Shown in pieces: positions 1 through 11,574 of a DNA stretch of 64,000 nucleotides; within the stretch, counting starts at the first letter, position 1, and each line of letters opens with the position of its first letter. The stretch is from Octopus sinensis (lineage: Eukaryota). The stretch covers positions 6,076,001-6,140,000 of the forward strand of contig NC_043025.1 in NCBI RefSeq assembly GCF_006345805.1, written 5' to 3'. The notes beneath the pieces are model-generated. The model ran no database searches. It was not told the DNA's origin and saw nothing but the letters and a program-made list of their open reading frames with translations. A program made the translations under genes and the position numbers.

Positions 1-2320
1 TTGGTTGGTTGGTTAGATGGATGGTTGGATGGATGGTTGAATGGATGGTTGGTTGGATAGATGGTTGGGTGGTTGGTTGATTGGTTAGATGGATGGTTGG
101 ATGGATGGTTGAATGGATGGTTGGTTGGATAGATGGATGGATGGTTGGTTGGTTGGTTGGATGGATGGTTGGTTGGATAGATGGTTGGGTGGTTGGTTGA
201 TTGGTTAGATAGATGGTTGGTTGAAAGGTTGGCTGGTTGGTTGGTTGGTTGCTGGGTCGACAGCTGGTTAGGTGAGTGGTTCAATGGTTGGTCATGATTG
301 GTTGGATGGTTGGTTGGTTGGATGGATGGTGGTTTGATGGAAGGATGAATGGATGGTTGATTGGATGGTTGGTTGGTTGGTTGGTTGGTTGGGTCGACAG
401 CTGGTTAGGTGAGTGGTTCAATGGTTGGTCATATGATTGGTTGGTTGGTTGGATGGATGGATGGATGGTGGTTTGATGGAAGGATGAATGAATGGTTGAA
501 TGGATGGTTGGTTGGTTAGATAGATGGATGGTTGGTTGAAAGGTTGGTTGGTTGCTTGGGAGGTTGGTTGGTTGCTTGGGTCGACATCTGGTTAGGTGAG
601 TGGTTCAATGGTTGGTTGGATGGTTGGTTGGTTGGATGGATGGATGGTGGCTTGATGGAAGGATGAATGGATGGTTGGTTGGTTAGATAGATGGATGGTT
701 GGTTGAAAGGTTGGTTGCTTGCTTGCTTGGGTCGACAGCTGGTTAGGTGAGTGGTTCAATGATTGGTCATATGATTGGTTGGATGGTTGGTTGGTTGGAT
801 GGATGGTGGTTTGATGGAAGGATGGATGGTTGATTGGATGGTTGGTTGGTTAGATAGATGGTTGGTTGAAAGGTTAGTTGGTTGGTTAAGAGGTTGGTTG
901 CTTGCTTGCTTGGGTCGACAGCTGGTTAGGTGAGTGGTTCAATGGTTGGTCATATGATTGGTTGGATGTTGGTTGGATGGATGGATGGATGGTGGTTTTA
1001 TGGAAGGATGAATGGATGGTTGAATGGATGGTTGATTGGATGGTTGGTTGGTTGGTTAGATGGATGGTTGGTTGGTTAGATAGATGGATGGTTGGTTAGA
1101 TAGATGGATGGTTGTTAGATAGATGGATGGTTGGTTGAAAGGTTGGTTGGTTGCTTGGGAGGTTGGTTGGTTGCTTGGGTCGACAGCTGGTTAGGTGAGT
1201 GGTTCAATGGTTGGTCATATGATTGGTTGGATGGTGGTTGGTTGGTTGGTTGGGTCGACAGCTGGTTAGGTGAGTGGTTCAATGGTTGGTCATATGATTG
1301 GTTGGTTGGTTGGATGGATGGATGGATGGTGGTTTGATGGAAGGATGAATGAATGGTTGAATGGATGGTTGGTTGGTTAGATAGATGGATGGTTGGTTGA
1401 AAGGTTGGTTGGTTGCTTGGGAGGTTGGTTGGTTGCTTGGGTCGACATCTGGTTAGGTGAGTGGTTCAATGGTTGGTTGGATGGTTGGTTGGTTGGATGG
1501 ATGGATGGTGGCTTGATGGAAGGATGAATGGATGGTTGGTTGGTTAGATAGATGGATGGTTGGTTGAAAGGTTGGTTGCTTGCTTGCTTGGGTCGACAGC
1601 TGGTTAGGTGAGTGGTTCAATGGTTGGTCATATGATTGGTTGGATGGTTGGTTGGTTGGATGGATGGTGGTTTGATGGAAGGATGGATGGTTGATTGGAT
1701 GGTTGGTTGGTTAGATAGATGGTTGGTTGAAAGGTTAGTTGGTTGGTTAAGAGGTTGGTTGCTTGCTTGCTTGGGTCGACAGCTGGTTAGGTGAGTGGTT
1801 CAATGGTTGGTCATATGATTGGTTGGATGGTTGGTTGGATGGATGGATGGATGGTGGTTTTATGGAAGGATGAATGGATGGTTGAATGGATGGTTGATTG
1901 GATGGTTGGTTGGTTAGATAGATGGATGGTTGGTTAGATAGATGGATGGTTGGTTAGATAGATGGATGGTTGGTTAGATAGATGGATGGTTGGTTGAAAG
2001 GTTGGTTGGTTGCTTGGGAGGTTGGTTGGTTGCTTGGGTCGACAGCTGGTTAGGTGAGTGGTTCAATGGTTGGTCATATGATTGGTTGGATGGTTGGTTG
2101 GTTGGTTGGATGGATGGTGGTTTGATGGAAGGATGAATGGATGGATGGATGGTTGGTTACTTGGATGGTTGGTTGGTTGGATGGATTGTTGGTTGGTTAG
2201 GTTAGTTGGTTGGTTGGGTAGACAACTGGTTGGGTGAGTGGTTCAATGGTTGGTTGATTGGATGGATGGATGGATGGTGGTTTGATGGGTGGATGGTTGG
2301 GTGGATGGTTGGGTAGTAGG
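1..2320. repeat. (GGTT/GGAT)n-derived complex satellite with a recurrent GGGTCGACAGCTGGTTAGGTGAGTGGTTCAATGG core and an 861-bp higher-order duplication
   Basis: The core recurs about 11 times. Diagnostic variants recur exactly 861 bp apart (581/1442; 871/1732). Confidence 0.9.
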
Positions 2321-2339
2321 TAGCATTTCTTAGACAGCA

Positions 2340-3210
2340 GAGGTGGGACCAGGGTAGACTACCTTGGAAAAAGGGATTGATACAGGGATGTGTAGATATA
2401 GAGGTGGATACCTAGAAAGGTGGGTGGGTAGGAGTTTATGTAAAAGGGTGGGAAGATAGAGAAGTGAACAGGTACAAGTTTAGGGTGAGAAAAGGGTGGA
2501 TAAGGAACTGTGATGGCAGATATGTGGGCAGATAGTGGGCAGACAGAAAGGTTTGTAGATAAAGAGATGATGATGAGTTTGGTAAGAATGAAGGATGGAT
2601 AAAATAAAGGGGGTGTAGACAGACCTGTGGACAGATAGGGGCAAAAGGAAATATTTATAGAGGGGTCAGTAGATAGAAGGGTGGGCAATTAGAAGGCTGG
2701 ATAGATAAAGAGGTGGGGTAGACAGACTTGTGGGTGTGTAGCAGTTGAGTAACGTGAAGGGTGGATAGAGGGTAGTGTGGAAAAATGTGTGGGTAAATAA
2801 GGGAAAGACAGACAGGTTTGTGAACAGAGTGAAAGGTAGATATAAGGGTGGAGAGATAACGGATGGGTAGGTAGGTGTGTATATAAAGTTGAGTGTGTGT
2901 AGTATTTGGTAAAATGAGGGGTGGATAAAGGGTAGAGGAGGATTGTGCGGGTAGATAGGGATAAGACAGGTTCGTAAATAAAAGGGTTGGTAAACAGAGG
3001 TGTTGGTAAAGGGGATGGGGTGGAAGATGGCTGGGTAGATATTGTGGTGGGTATATAGTAGTTTGGGAACAATGAAGGGTGGATAAAATAAAGGGTCGTG
3101 TAGATAGATGTGTGGGTTGATAAGGGGTAGACTGAGAGGTTCATAAATAGAGGGGAAAGGAGATAGAAGGGTGGACAGGAAGGAAGCTGGGTAGATTGGC
3201 GGGTATATAA
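2340..3210. repeat. Degenerate purine-rich (GATA/GGAT-like) low-complexity tract
   Basis: Strong G/A strand bias with decayed GATAGA/GGTAGA units. The minus-strand ORFs here are P/L/S/I/Y compositional artefacts. Confidence 0.7.
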
Positions 3211-3599
3211 TTCTTTTATTCATTTGTTTCAGTCATTTGACTGCGACCATGCTGGAACACTGCCTTTAGTCAAACAAATCGACTCCAGAACTTATTCTTT
3301 GTAGGCCTAGTAATTATATTGGTCACTTTTGCCAAACTGCTAAGTTACAAGGATGTAAACACACCAACATTGGTTGTCAAGCGATGGTGGTGGTAGTGGG
3401 GGGACAAATACAGACACACAAACATATATATATATGATGGGCTTCTTTCAGTTTCCGTCTACCAAATCCACTCAGAAGGCTTTGGTCGACCTGAGGCTAT
3501 AGTAGAAGACACTTGCCCAAGGTGCCATGCAGAGGGACTGAACCTGAAACCACGTGGTCGGTAAGCAAGCTACTTACCACACAGCCACACCTGTGCCTA
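3211..3599 (-). mobile_element. SINE family A (tRNA-like head AGGCGCAGGAGTGGCTGTGTGG..., central (TA/CA)n, tail ...GACTGAAACAAGTAAAAGAG)
   Basis: The head has A-box-like (TGGCTGTGTGG) and B-box-like (GGTTCAGTCC) motifs. About 20 near-identical copies occur in the window. Confidence 0.85.
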
Positions 3600-3969
3600 T
3601 AAACTTGGTTTTATGCAAAATTTTGTATAGAATGAAGGGCAGCAGATAGATAGGGAGATAGAGAATTTTTTATAGGTAGAGGGACTAGTAGACAGAGGGT
3701 GAGGGTTGGGTAGATTGAGGAAGGGTAGAAAACAGCCTTGTTAGGAACAGTAAGGATTCTGAGAAAGTTGTTAGAAAACTGAAGGAGAAAGAATGACCCC
3801 AAAGGACCTTTGGCCATTTGATATGGCTTGTTCTTTTGGTACAAGATCTGGTTTAACAGAGCAAAAGCATCAATGAAAATAACAATAACAATCTTAAATT
3901 TTGGCTCAAGGACAACAATTTTGAGGGGAGGGGCTATGTTGATTTCATTGCCTCTAGTACGTGACTGAT

Positions 3970-4369
3970 ACTTTAGTTTTGGATTGGAAGCACTCCGTCG
4001 GTTATGACAACAAGGGTTCCGGTTGATCCAAATCAACGGAACAGCCTGCTCGTGAAATTAACGTGTAAGTGGCTGAGCACTCCACAGACACGTGCACCCT
4101 TAACGTAGTTCTCGGGGGATATTCAGCGTGACACAGAGAGTGACAAGGCCGGCCCTTTTGAAATACAGGTACAACAGAAACAGGAAGCAAGAGTGAGAGA
4201 AAGTCGTGGTGAAAGAGTACAGCAGGGATCACCACCATCCCCTGCCGGAGTCTCGTAGAGCTTTAGGTGTTTTCACTCAATAAACACTCACAACGCCCGG
4301 TCTGGGAATCGAAACCGCGATCCTATGACCGCGAGTCCGCTGCCCTAACCACTGGGCCATTGCGCCTCC
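3970..4369 (-). mobile_element. tRNA-derived SINE (family D)
   Basis: Minus-strand head GGAGGCGCAATGGCCCAGTGGTTAGGGCAGCGGACTCGCGG...GGTTTCGATTCCC with clear A and B boxes. Body fragments recur near 15000 and 46220. Confidence 0.8.
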
Positions 4370-4379
4370 ATGATACTTT

Positions 4380-4930
4380 AGTGAGTCCAAAAGGATGAAA
4401 GACAAGGTTGATTTTGGTGGGATTTGAACCCAGAACATAAAGAGCTGGAAAAAAATGTACTTAAGTATTTTGTCCAATGTGGTAACCATTCTGCCAGCTC
4501 ACCACTTTAATAATAATAATAATAATAACAATAATGATAGTAATAATAATGGTTTTAAGTTTTGCCACAAGGCCAGCAATTTTGGGGCAGGAAGTAAGTT
4601 GATTACATTGACCCCAGTGTTCAACTGGTATTAATTTTATGGACCCTGAAAAGATGAAAGGTATAGTCGACCTCGGTGGAATTTGAACTCAGAACGTAAC
4701 GACGGATGAAATACCTATTTCTTTACTACCCACAAGGGGCTAAACACAGAGGGGACAGACAAGGACAGACACACGGATTAAGTCGATTACATCGACCCCA
4801 GTGTGTAACTGGTACCTAATTTATCGACCCTGAAAGGATGAAAGGCAAAGTCGACCTCGGTGGAATTTGAGCTCAGAACGTAACGACGGATGAAATACCA
4901 TTAAGCATTTCGCCCGGTGTGCTAATGATT
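4380..4930 (-). mobile_element. SINE family B fragments (core GGTCGACTTTGCCTTTCATCCTTTCGGGGTCGATAAA...GTACCAGT)
   Basis: Three partly degenerate copies of the family B core in minus orientation. Confidence 0.75.
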
Positions 4931-4984
4931 CGGGAACCGTTAGAAAGTCAGACGAGATGATGTCTTGTGGTATCTCCTTCAGGC

Positions 4985-5181
4985 TCTCTTTTCTCTTTTC
5001 ATTGTTTCAGTCATTTTGACTGCGGCCATGCTGGAGCACCGCCTTTTAGTCGAGCAAATCGACCCCGGGACTTATTCTTTGTAAGCCCAGTACTTATTCT
5101 ATCGGTGTCTTTTGCCGAACCGCTAAGTGACGGGGACGTAAACACACCAGCATCGGTTGTCAAGCAAACACAGACAAACAC

Positions 5182-5218
<37 letters not shown>

Positions 5219-5390
5219 CATATATACGACAGGCTTCTTTCAGTTTCCGTCTACCAAATCCACTCACAAGGCATTGGTCGGCCCGGGGCTATAGCAGAAG
5301 ACACTTGCCCAAGATGCCACGCAGTGGGACTGAACCCGGAACCATGTGGTTGGTTAGCAAGCTACTTACCACACAGCCACTCCTGCGCCT
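4985..5390 (-). mobile_element. SINE family A, full length
   Basis: Matches the family A consensus from end to end. Confidence 0.9.
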
Positions 5391-5719
5391 ATTTGTGTTC
5401 AAATCCCACTAAAGGTCAACTTTGCCTCTGATCCTTTTGGAATCAATAAACTAAAATACCACTCAAAAACTGGGGACAATTCAATTGAATAAACCCCCGC
5501 CCTACTCCCACCTTCCCCAAATTTCAGGCCTTTGTGCCTTCATTAGAAATACAAATTATTTTCACTTTTAGCAAGAAGTCAGCATTTTTGAAGGGAGCTG
5601 ATTAGTTGAGTCCATTGACCCCAGTGCCTGACTGGTACTTTATTATTTTACTGACCCAAAAGGGAAAAAAAACCAAAGCTGACTTTGGCAGGATTTGAAC
5701 ACATGTGCTATATATTCAC

Positions 5720-5960
5720 TCATCACTCGTTTATTATTGTTTTTATTTTATCACATGTCCATTGTCTGGAAATTTTTCGTCATACACATCGAAAAATACC
5801 TTAGGAATGAGAACCCAGGTTCAAAATCTCCCCAAGATACCTGAAGAAGGCTGGAGGGTATATCAGCCGAAACGTTGTGTTAACAACAAACAAGATGAGG
5901 ACAAATATCCATCAAATGTAAACAGTGTACATAATTCCTCATCTCTTAAATATAGAACTG
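5720..5960 (+). mobile_element. Penelope-like element (PLE) terminal-repeat remnant
   Basis: Contains CCTGAAGAAGGCTG...CAGCCGAAACGTT, a motif characteristic of PLE pseudo-LTRs. Confidence 0.55.
5836..5881 (+). ncRNA. Candidate minimal type I hammerhead ribozyme
   Basis: Parsed as GATAC-CTGAAGA-A-GGCTG(10 nt)CAGCC-GAAAC-GTT-GTGTT: conserved core boxes, 5-bp stem II, palindromic ACGT stem III, wobble-containing stem I. Confidence 0.5.
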
Positions 5961-6059
5961 AACTTATTATTGTTCTAAACATGGTAGGCTAGCTGAATCA
6001 TTAGTATGCTAAGCAGTATGTCTTCTGACATTATGTTCTAAGTTTGCCTTTCGTCTTCT

Positions 6060-6480
6060 CGGGGTTGAAAGATTGACCGTTATGTAAATCTCCTCCAGGA
6101 ATGTGAAGACACAGACTCGAAAGCGGAGCATTTTCCAATCAAAGTCGGATGTAGAGGATTCATAGTACATAGTGTGAGGCAACTGTTGTTATCGTAAGGC
6201 CTAACTTATCGTAAAATGAATACCACCATGACCGATATCCAAACCATGCTGGAAAAGGCTGGCCACTGGATTTGGTTAAAAAGAGACGATGAGCGATGGC
6301 TAGGAGAATACTGAGCTTTATTTGATAACCAGCTGATCTAGCAAGTGGGGCCTCATCATTGTGAGGGGGGGGCACAATGATGCCATCGAGCGGTAGGCCC
6401 TAAAACGGTGCACATTCTCTCCTGATGACACCATACACTTGCTGGCTTCCGGTACCCGGAGTTCTCAACTGGTAGCACTT
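6060..6480 (+). mobile_element. 3' end of an RLE-type non-LTR retrotransposon (HERO-like), decayed
   Basis: Hand translation: DRYVNLLQECEDTDSKAEHFPIKVGCRGFIVHSVRQLLLS*GL...EKAGHWIWLKRDDERW. The 'PIEVGCRGF' and 'WIWLKR' motifs are typical of these RLE C-termini. One in-frame stop. Confidence 0.7.
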
Positions 6481-6484
6481 GCAC

Positions 6485-6896
6485 ACTCTTTACTCTTTTA
6501 CTTGTTTCAGTCATTTGACTGCGGCCATGCTGGAGCACCGTCTTTAATCGAGCAACTCGACCCCGGGACTTATTCTTTTGTAAGCCCAGTACTTATTCTA
6601 TCGGTCTCTTTTTGCCAAACCGCTAAGTTACGATGACATAAACACACCAGCATCGGTTGTCAAGCAATGCTAGGGGGACAAACACAGATACACAAACACA
6701 CACACGCATATATATATATATATATATATATATGACGGGCTTCTTTCAGTTTCCGTCTACCAAATCCACTCACAAGGCATTGGTCGGCCCTTGGCTATAG
6801 TAGGAGACACTTGCCGAAGGTGCCACGCAGTGGGACTGAACCCGGAACCATGTGGTTGGTAAAGAAGCTACTTACCACACAGCCACTCCTGCGCCT
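6485..6896 (-). mobile_element. SINE family A, full length
   Basis: Matches the family A consensus. Confidence 0.9.
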
Positions 6897-7780
6897 AACT
6901 TCTTTGCAAAACACATGTACCAACTGAACACTTGGGCTTATGACGCCAACTAAATCTTCCCCTGAAAATTGCGAGCCTTGTGCTAAATTTTAAAACCATT
7001 ATTTTTAGTAGCAGCACAATTTCTTACTTACAATTTGGCAAAATCAAAAGCGAATTAAATAAACCGAAAATTAAGAGACCAAGAATCTTTTTAATAATTT
7101 TGAAAAATTTTTGCTTTATTTTGTGGAATATTTGATTTCGCTGTGTTTCATTTTTTTAATTCAGAAAAGCTTTAACAAAAGTGGAAAAGGAATCAAATAT
7201 TTATATATCTTATTTCATTATTATTCAAAATTTTAATTTCTTCTTTCGTTTTCCAAAAGGGTGGGTGGATGGATGGATGGATGGGTAGGAGGGTGTTCAT
7301 AGCAATTGTGTTGTTGTTGTTGTTGTTGTAGTCCCTTTTGCCTTCCACTGTTGTTGTTGTTGCTGATTGGATATTTTCCTTTCTCAATAGTGGGTGGACA
7401 GGTTGGAGAGACGAGAAGCAAGGGGGGACAGGTTGGAGAGAAACTGCGAGGAGGGGAGGGCGAAAGGGAAAAGGAATTTTACATTAGAAGACATGTTTTT
7501 GCAACAAATAAAAAAAATAGACAAATGAATACAAATAAAATAAACAAATCAAAATAAATATGAAAAACGTATATTTACATATGTGTGTGTGTGTGTATAT
7601 GCAAACACAAATATATACATACACATATAAACACATATGCATACATACATGCATGTGTGTATGTGTGGACCTTGATGAGATTTGAACTCAGTACGTAAAA
7701 AGAAAACTAGAAAAGTTGCTACTCAACATTTTCTGGGGTGAGCTAACAATTATGCCAGCTGGCCACCTTTATAATAATAA

Positions 7781-8160
7781 CTAGCAGTATCGCCCGGCGT
7801 TGCTCAGGTTTGTAAGGGAAATAACTATACAGCATTTTTAGAGAGTTATAGCCAAAAAATAGCAAAAAAATGGGAAAAAAATTATGGTAAATTTTTTTTG
7901 AGAGTTAAAAAAGGTCGAGTTGCGTCCCCTAGACGGTCTGTGGTTTGTGTTTCTGATTCTCGACCCCATGTCGAATTTATCGATTTTTTTCAGAACTGGG
8001 GAACTTTCAAAATTTTCGCTGCGTTAGTTTTGAATTTACATTGGGCTATGTTGTGTCAAGTTTCATCAGAATCCATTGAAAGCCGTGGTCAGGGTGAGGG
8101 TACAACCAAACAGACACACAGAAACACATACAGACAAACTGCCGTTTATATAGAGAGAGA
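7781..8160 (-). mobile_element. Non-autonomous Helitron
   Basis: The minus strand starts with TC after an A (8161). It ends ...CCTGAGCAACGCCGGG hairpin...CTAG followed by T (7780), with no TSD. The 3' end is shared with the 37752-38619 element. Confidence 0.75.
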
Positions 8161-8164
8161 TAAT

Positions 8165-8397
8165 AATAATCCTTTCTACTATAGGCACAAGACCTGGATT
8201 TTAATCACATTGACACCAGTACTCAACTGGTACTTAATTTATCGACCCCGAAAGGATGAAAGGCAAAGTCGACCTCAGCAGAATTTGAACTCAAAACAAA
8301 GACAGACGAAATATCACTAAGCATTTCACCCAGTGTGCTAACAATTCTGCCAGCTGGCTGCCTTAATAATTATAATAACAACAACAACAACAACAAC

Positions 8398-8458
<61 letters not shown>

Positions 8459-9074
8459 GTTTCAAATTTTACCACAAGGGCATCCATATTGGGTGAGGGG
8501 ACGAAATGGTTACATCGACCCCAGTGCCTAACTGGTACTTATTTTATCGATACCGAAAGGATGAGCGGTAAAGTCAACCTTGGCAGAATTTGAACTCAGA
8601 ACATAAGGTCAGACGAAATACCACTAAGCATTTCACCCAGCATGCTAACGATTCTGCGAGCTTGCTGCCTTAATAATAATGATAATAATAATCCTTTCTA
8701 CTGGAAGCACAAGGCCTCAGATTTTATTGGGGAGGGGACTAGTCAACCACATCGACCCCAGTGTTCAACTGGTACTTAATTTATCGACCCCGAAAGGATG
8801 AATGACAAACTCGACCTCGGCAGAATTTGAACTCGGAATGTAGTGGCAGACAAAATACTGCTAAGCATTTCGCCCGGTGTGCTAACGACTCTGCCAGCTT
8901 GCCACCTTAATAATGATAATAATTACAGCATAAAAAGGCACATATTAGCAATTCAATTGAAAGGATCAAAGGCAAAGTCGACCTTGGTGGAATCTGAACT
9001 CAGAACGTAACAACGGACGAAATACTGCTAACCATTTCATCCAGCGTGTTTAACGAATCTGCCAGTTTGCCGCC

Positions 9075-9110
<36 letters not shown>
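8165..9110 (-). mobile_element. Cluster of about 4-5 SINE family B copies with (TAA)n tracts
   Basis: The family B core and head (GGCGGCGAGCTGGCAGAA...) recur in minus orientation. Confidence 0.8.
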
Positions 9111-9113
<3 letters not shown>

Positions 9114-9116
<3 letters not shown>

Positions 9117-10260
9117 GCCCCGATGCAGTACCAGGCAGTGGCTCTCGTGGCTTCTGATCTTAACTGATTGGAAGTGTTATCATCTACATTGTTTTGTCTT
9201 GGTATAAAAGATGGCCTTCAGCAAATATTCTGCTCAATACCACAGATTTGCTAATGCCCTGATGCAGTTCCAGGCAGTGGCTCTCATGGCTTCTGATCTT
9301 AACTGATTGGAAGTGTTATCATCTCAATTGTTTTGTCTTGGTATAAAAGATGGGCCACAGCAATATTCTGCTCATACCACAGATTTGCTAATGCCCTGAT
9401 GCAGTACCAGGCAGTGGCTCTCATGGCTTCTGATCTTAACTGATTGGAAGTGTTATCATCTACATTGTTTTGTCTTGGTATAAAAGATGGCCACAGCAAA
9501 TATTCTGCTCAATACCACAGATTTGCTAATGTCCTGATGCAGTACCAGCAGTGGCTCTCGTGGCTTCTGATCTTAACTGATTGGAAGTGTTATCATGTAC
9601 ATTGTTTTGTCTTGGTATAAAAGATGGGCTACAGCAAATATTCTGCTCAATACCACAGATTTGCTAATACCCTGATGCAGTACCAGGCAGTGGCTCTCGT
9701 GGCTTCTGATCTTAACTGATTGGAAGTGTTATCATGTACATTGTTTTGTCTTGGTATAAAAGATGGCCTACAGCAAATATTCTGTTCAATACTACAGATT
9801 TGTTTGTCAGTTGTTTGACCTTAACCAGTTGAGCATGTTCCTTGGTGGCTGACGATATGTGCATCTCTGATCACGAGCAGAAGTAGTGGGGGAGCATCAT
9901 AGCCATGTCTGGAGAGGGATTCTTTAGGGTTTGAATAATTCACTTCTGGAAACATGGGTGTTTTGTTCAACATCCTTAAATAACCCTTATTCAGGGACCT
10001 TTTGAGTGGGATGGGTTACTCAACCTGAAGAAAATTCTAACTGGGCCCCACCTGCAAGGTCATGTGCTGTTTATCTTGATATGAGATCACCATGTCGCGC
10101 ACATATGGTTGTGATGCATGTGCCTGGTGTACCCTTATCAGACGGGTAGTCATGATGGGTATACTGGGCTTTGTATATTTTACCCCAGTGTCACTTTGAT
10201 GGCATGCACTGCTCTCTCACTCAATAATAATAATAATAATAATAATGATGATGATTATGA
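9114..10260 (+). mobile_element. Interspersed repeat with an (AAT)n tail whose first ~138 bp is tandemly amplified 5 times
   Basis: Units start near 9114, 9253, 9390, 9528 and 9666. A monomeric partial copy of the same element lies at about 36475-36960. Confidence 0.8.
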
Positions 10261-10669
10261 TAATACCAACAATGTCATAAAAAAGCAGAGAATGAAATAT
10301 GATAGCAATGAAAAGAAAGCAGGGTGGAAGTGGTAGCAGTGAAGAGAACTTTAAATGTTGGGAAAGATTAAATAAAAAAAAAAGGAGGAGGTAGGGTTTG
10401 AACTCTTGACCCATCGGTAACAAGCTGGGGGATGGGGGATCAAACAAATATGAAGCTTTGATCATTGATATACCAAGGTGTGACTGTTTACTAAAATATA
10501 TATAGATGTCTGTGTTAAGACACAGGCATGGCTGTGTGGTTAAGATGTTGGCTACCAAATCACGGGATTTCGGGTTCAAACCCAGCGCATGGCACATGAG
10601 GTAAGTTTCTTTTATTATAAACCCAGGCCAACCAAAACCATAAGAGTGGATTCAGTGGCAAAAACTGAA

Positions 10670-11045
10670 AAAAGCTTATATTATATATATTATAATAATA
10701 ATAATAAAGGATAAATAATATATATATAATAATATAATAATAATAATAAGGGTAATATATATATATATAATAATAATAATAATAATATAATAATAATAAA
10801 GGATAAATATATATATATAATAATAATATAATAATAAAGGTAAATATATATATATATTATTATAATAATAATAATATAATAATAAAGGATAAATATTATA
10901 ATATAATAATAATATAATAATAATAAAAAAGGATAAATATATATATATATTATAATAATAATAATAATAATAATAATAAGGATAATATATATATATATTA
11001 TAATAATAATAATAATAATAATATAAAGGATAAATATATATATAT
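10670..11045. repeat. (TA)n/(TAA)n compound microsatellite with AAGGATAAAT spacers
   Basis: Direct inspection. Confidence 0.9.
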
Positions 11046-11214
11046 ACGACGGTACGGGCTTCTTTCAGTTTTCCGTCTCCCAAATCCACTCACAAGGCTT
11101 GGTCGTACCGAGGCTTAAGTAGAAGACACTTGGCCCAAGTGCCACGCAGTGGGACTGAACCCGGAACCATGTTGTTGGTAAGCAAGCTACTTACCACACA
11201 GCCACTCCTGCGCC

Positions 11215-11245
<31 letters not shown>

Positions 11246-11574
11246 AAATGAAGGTTTGTGGCCTAGTGGTTAGGCTACTGCACCCATGATTGTAAGATTG
11301 TGGTTTCAATTCCTGGACTGGGTGACGCGTTGTGTTCTTGAGCAAAACACTTCATTTCACGTTGCTCCAGCAACCCCTTTGAATCAGGAATTAATGTTGG
11401 CCTGCTTGCCTAGCCAGCAGGGTGACATCGTTTGAAGGCTAAAACAACGCAAAAAGTGCATTGTGACCAGCAATGTGTAACAGTATCTGATAGCCTAGTC
11501 AGTCACACGAGATCATGTGGTATATGCGTACGGCTGTGTGTGTGTGTGTGTGTAAGCAATATCATCCAATGATA

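Noticed and set aside
4290-4369. Possible tRNA gene on the minus strand
   Set aside because: A and B boxes are present, but the anticodon and acceptor stems do not pair and the sequence runs on into a SINE body. It is a SINE head.
6395-6470. CTGATGA box in the HERO-like 3' UTR as a hammerhead
   Set aside because: There is no properly placed GAAA box or supporting stems.
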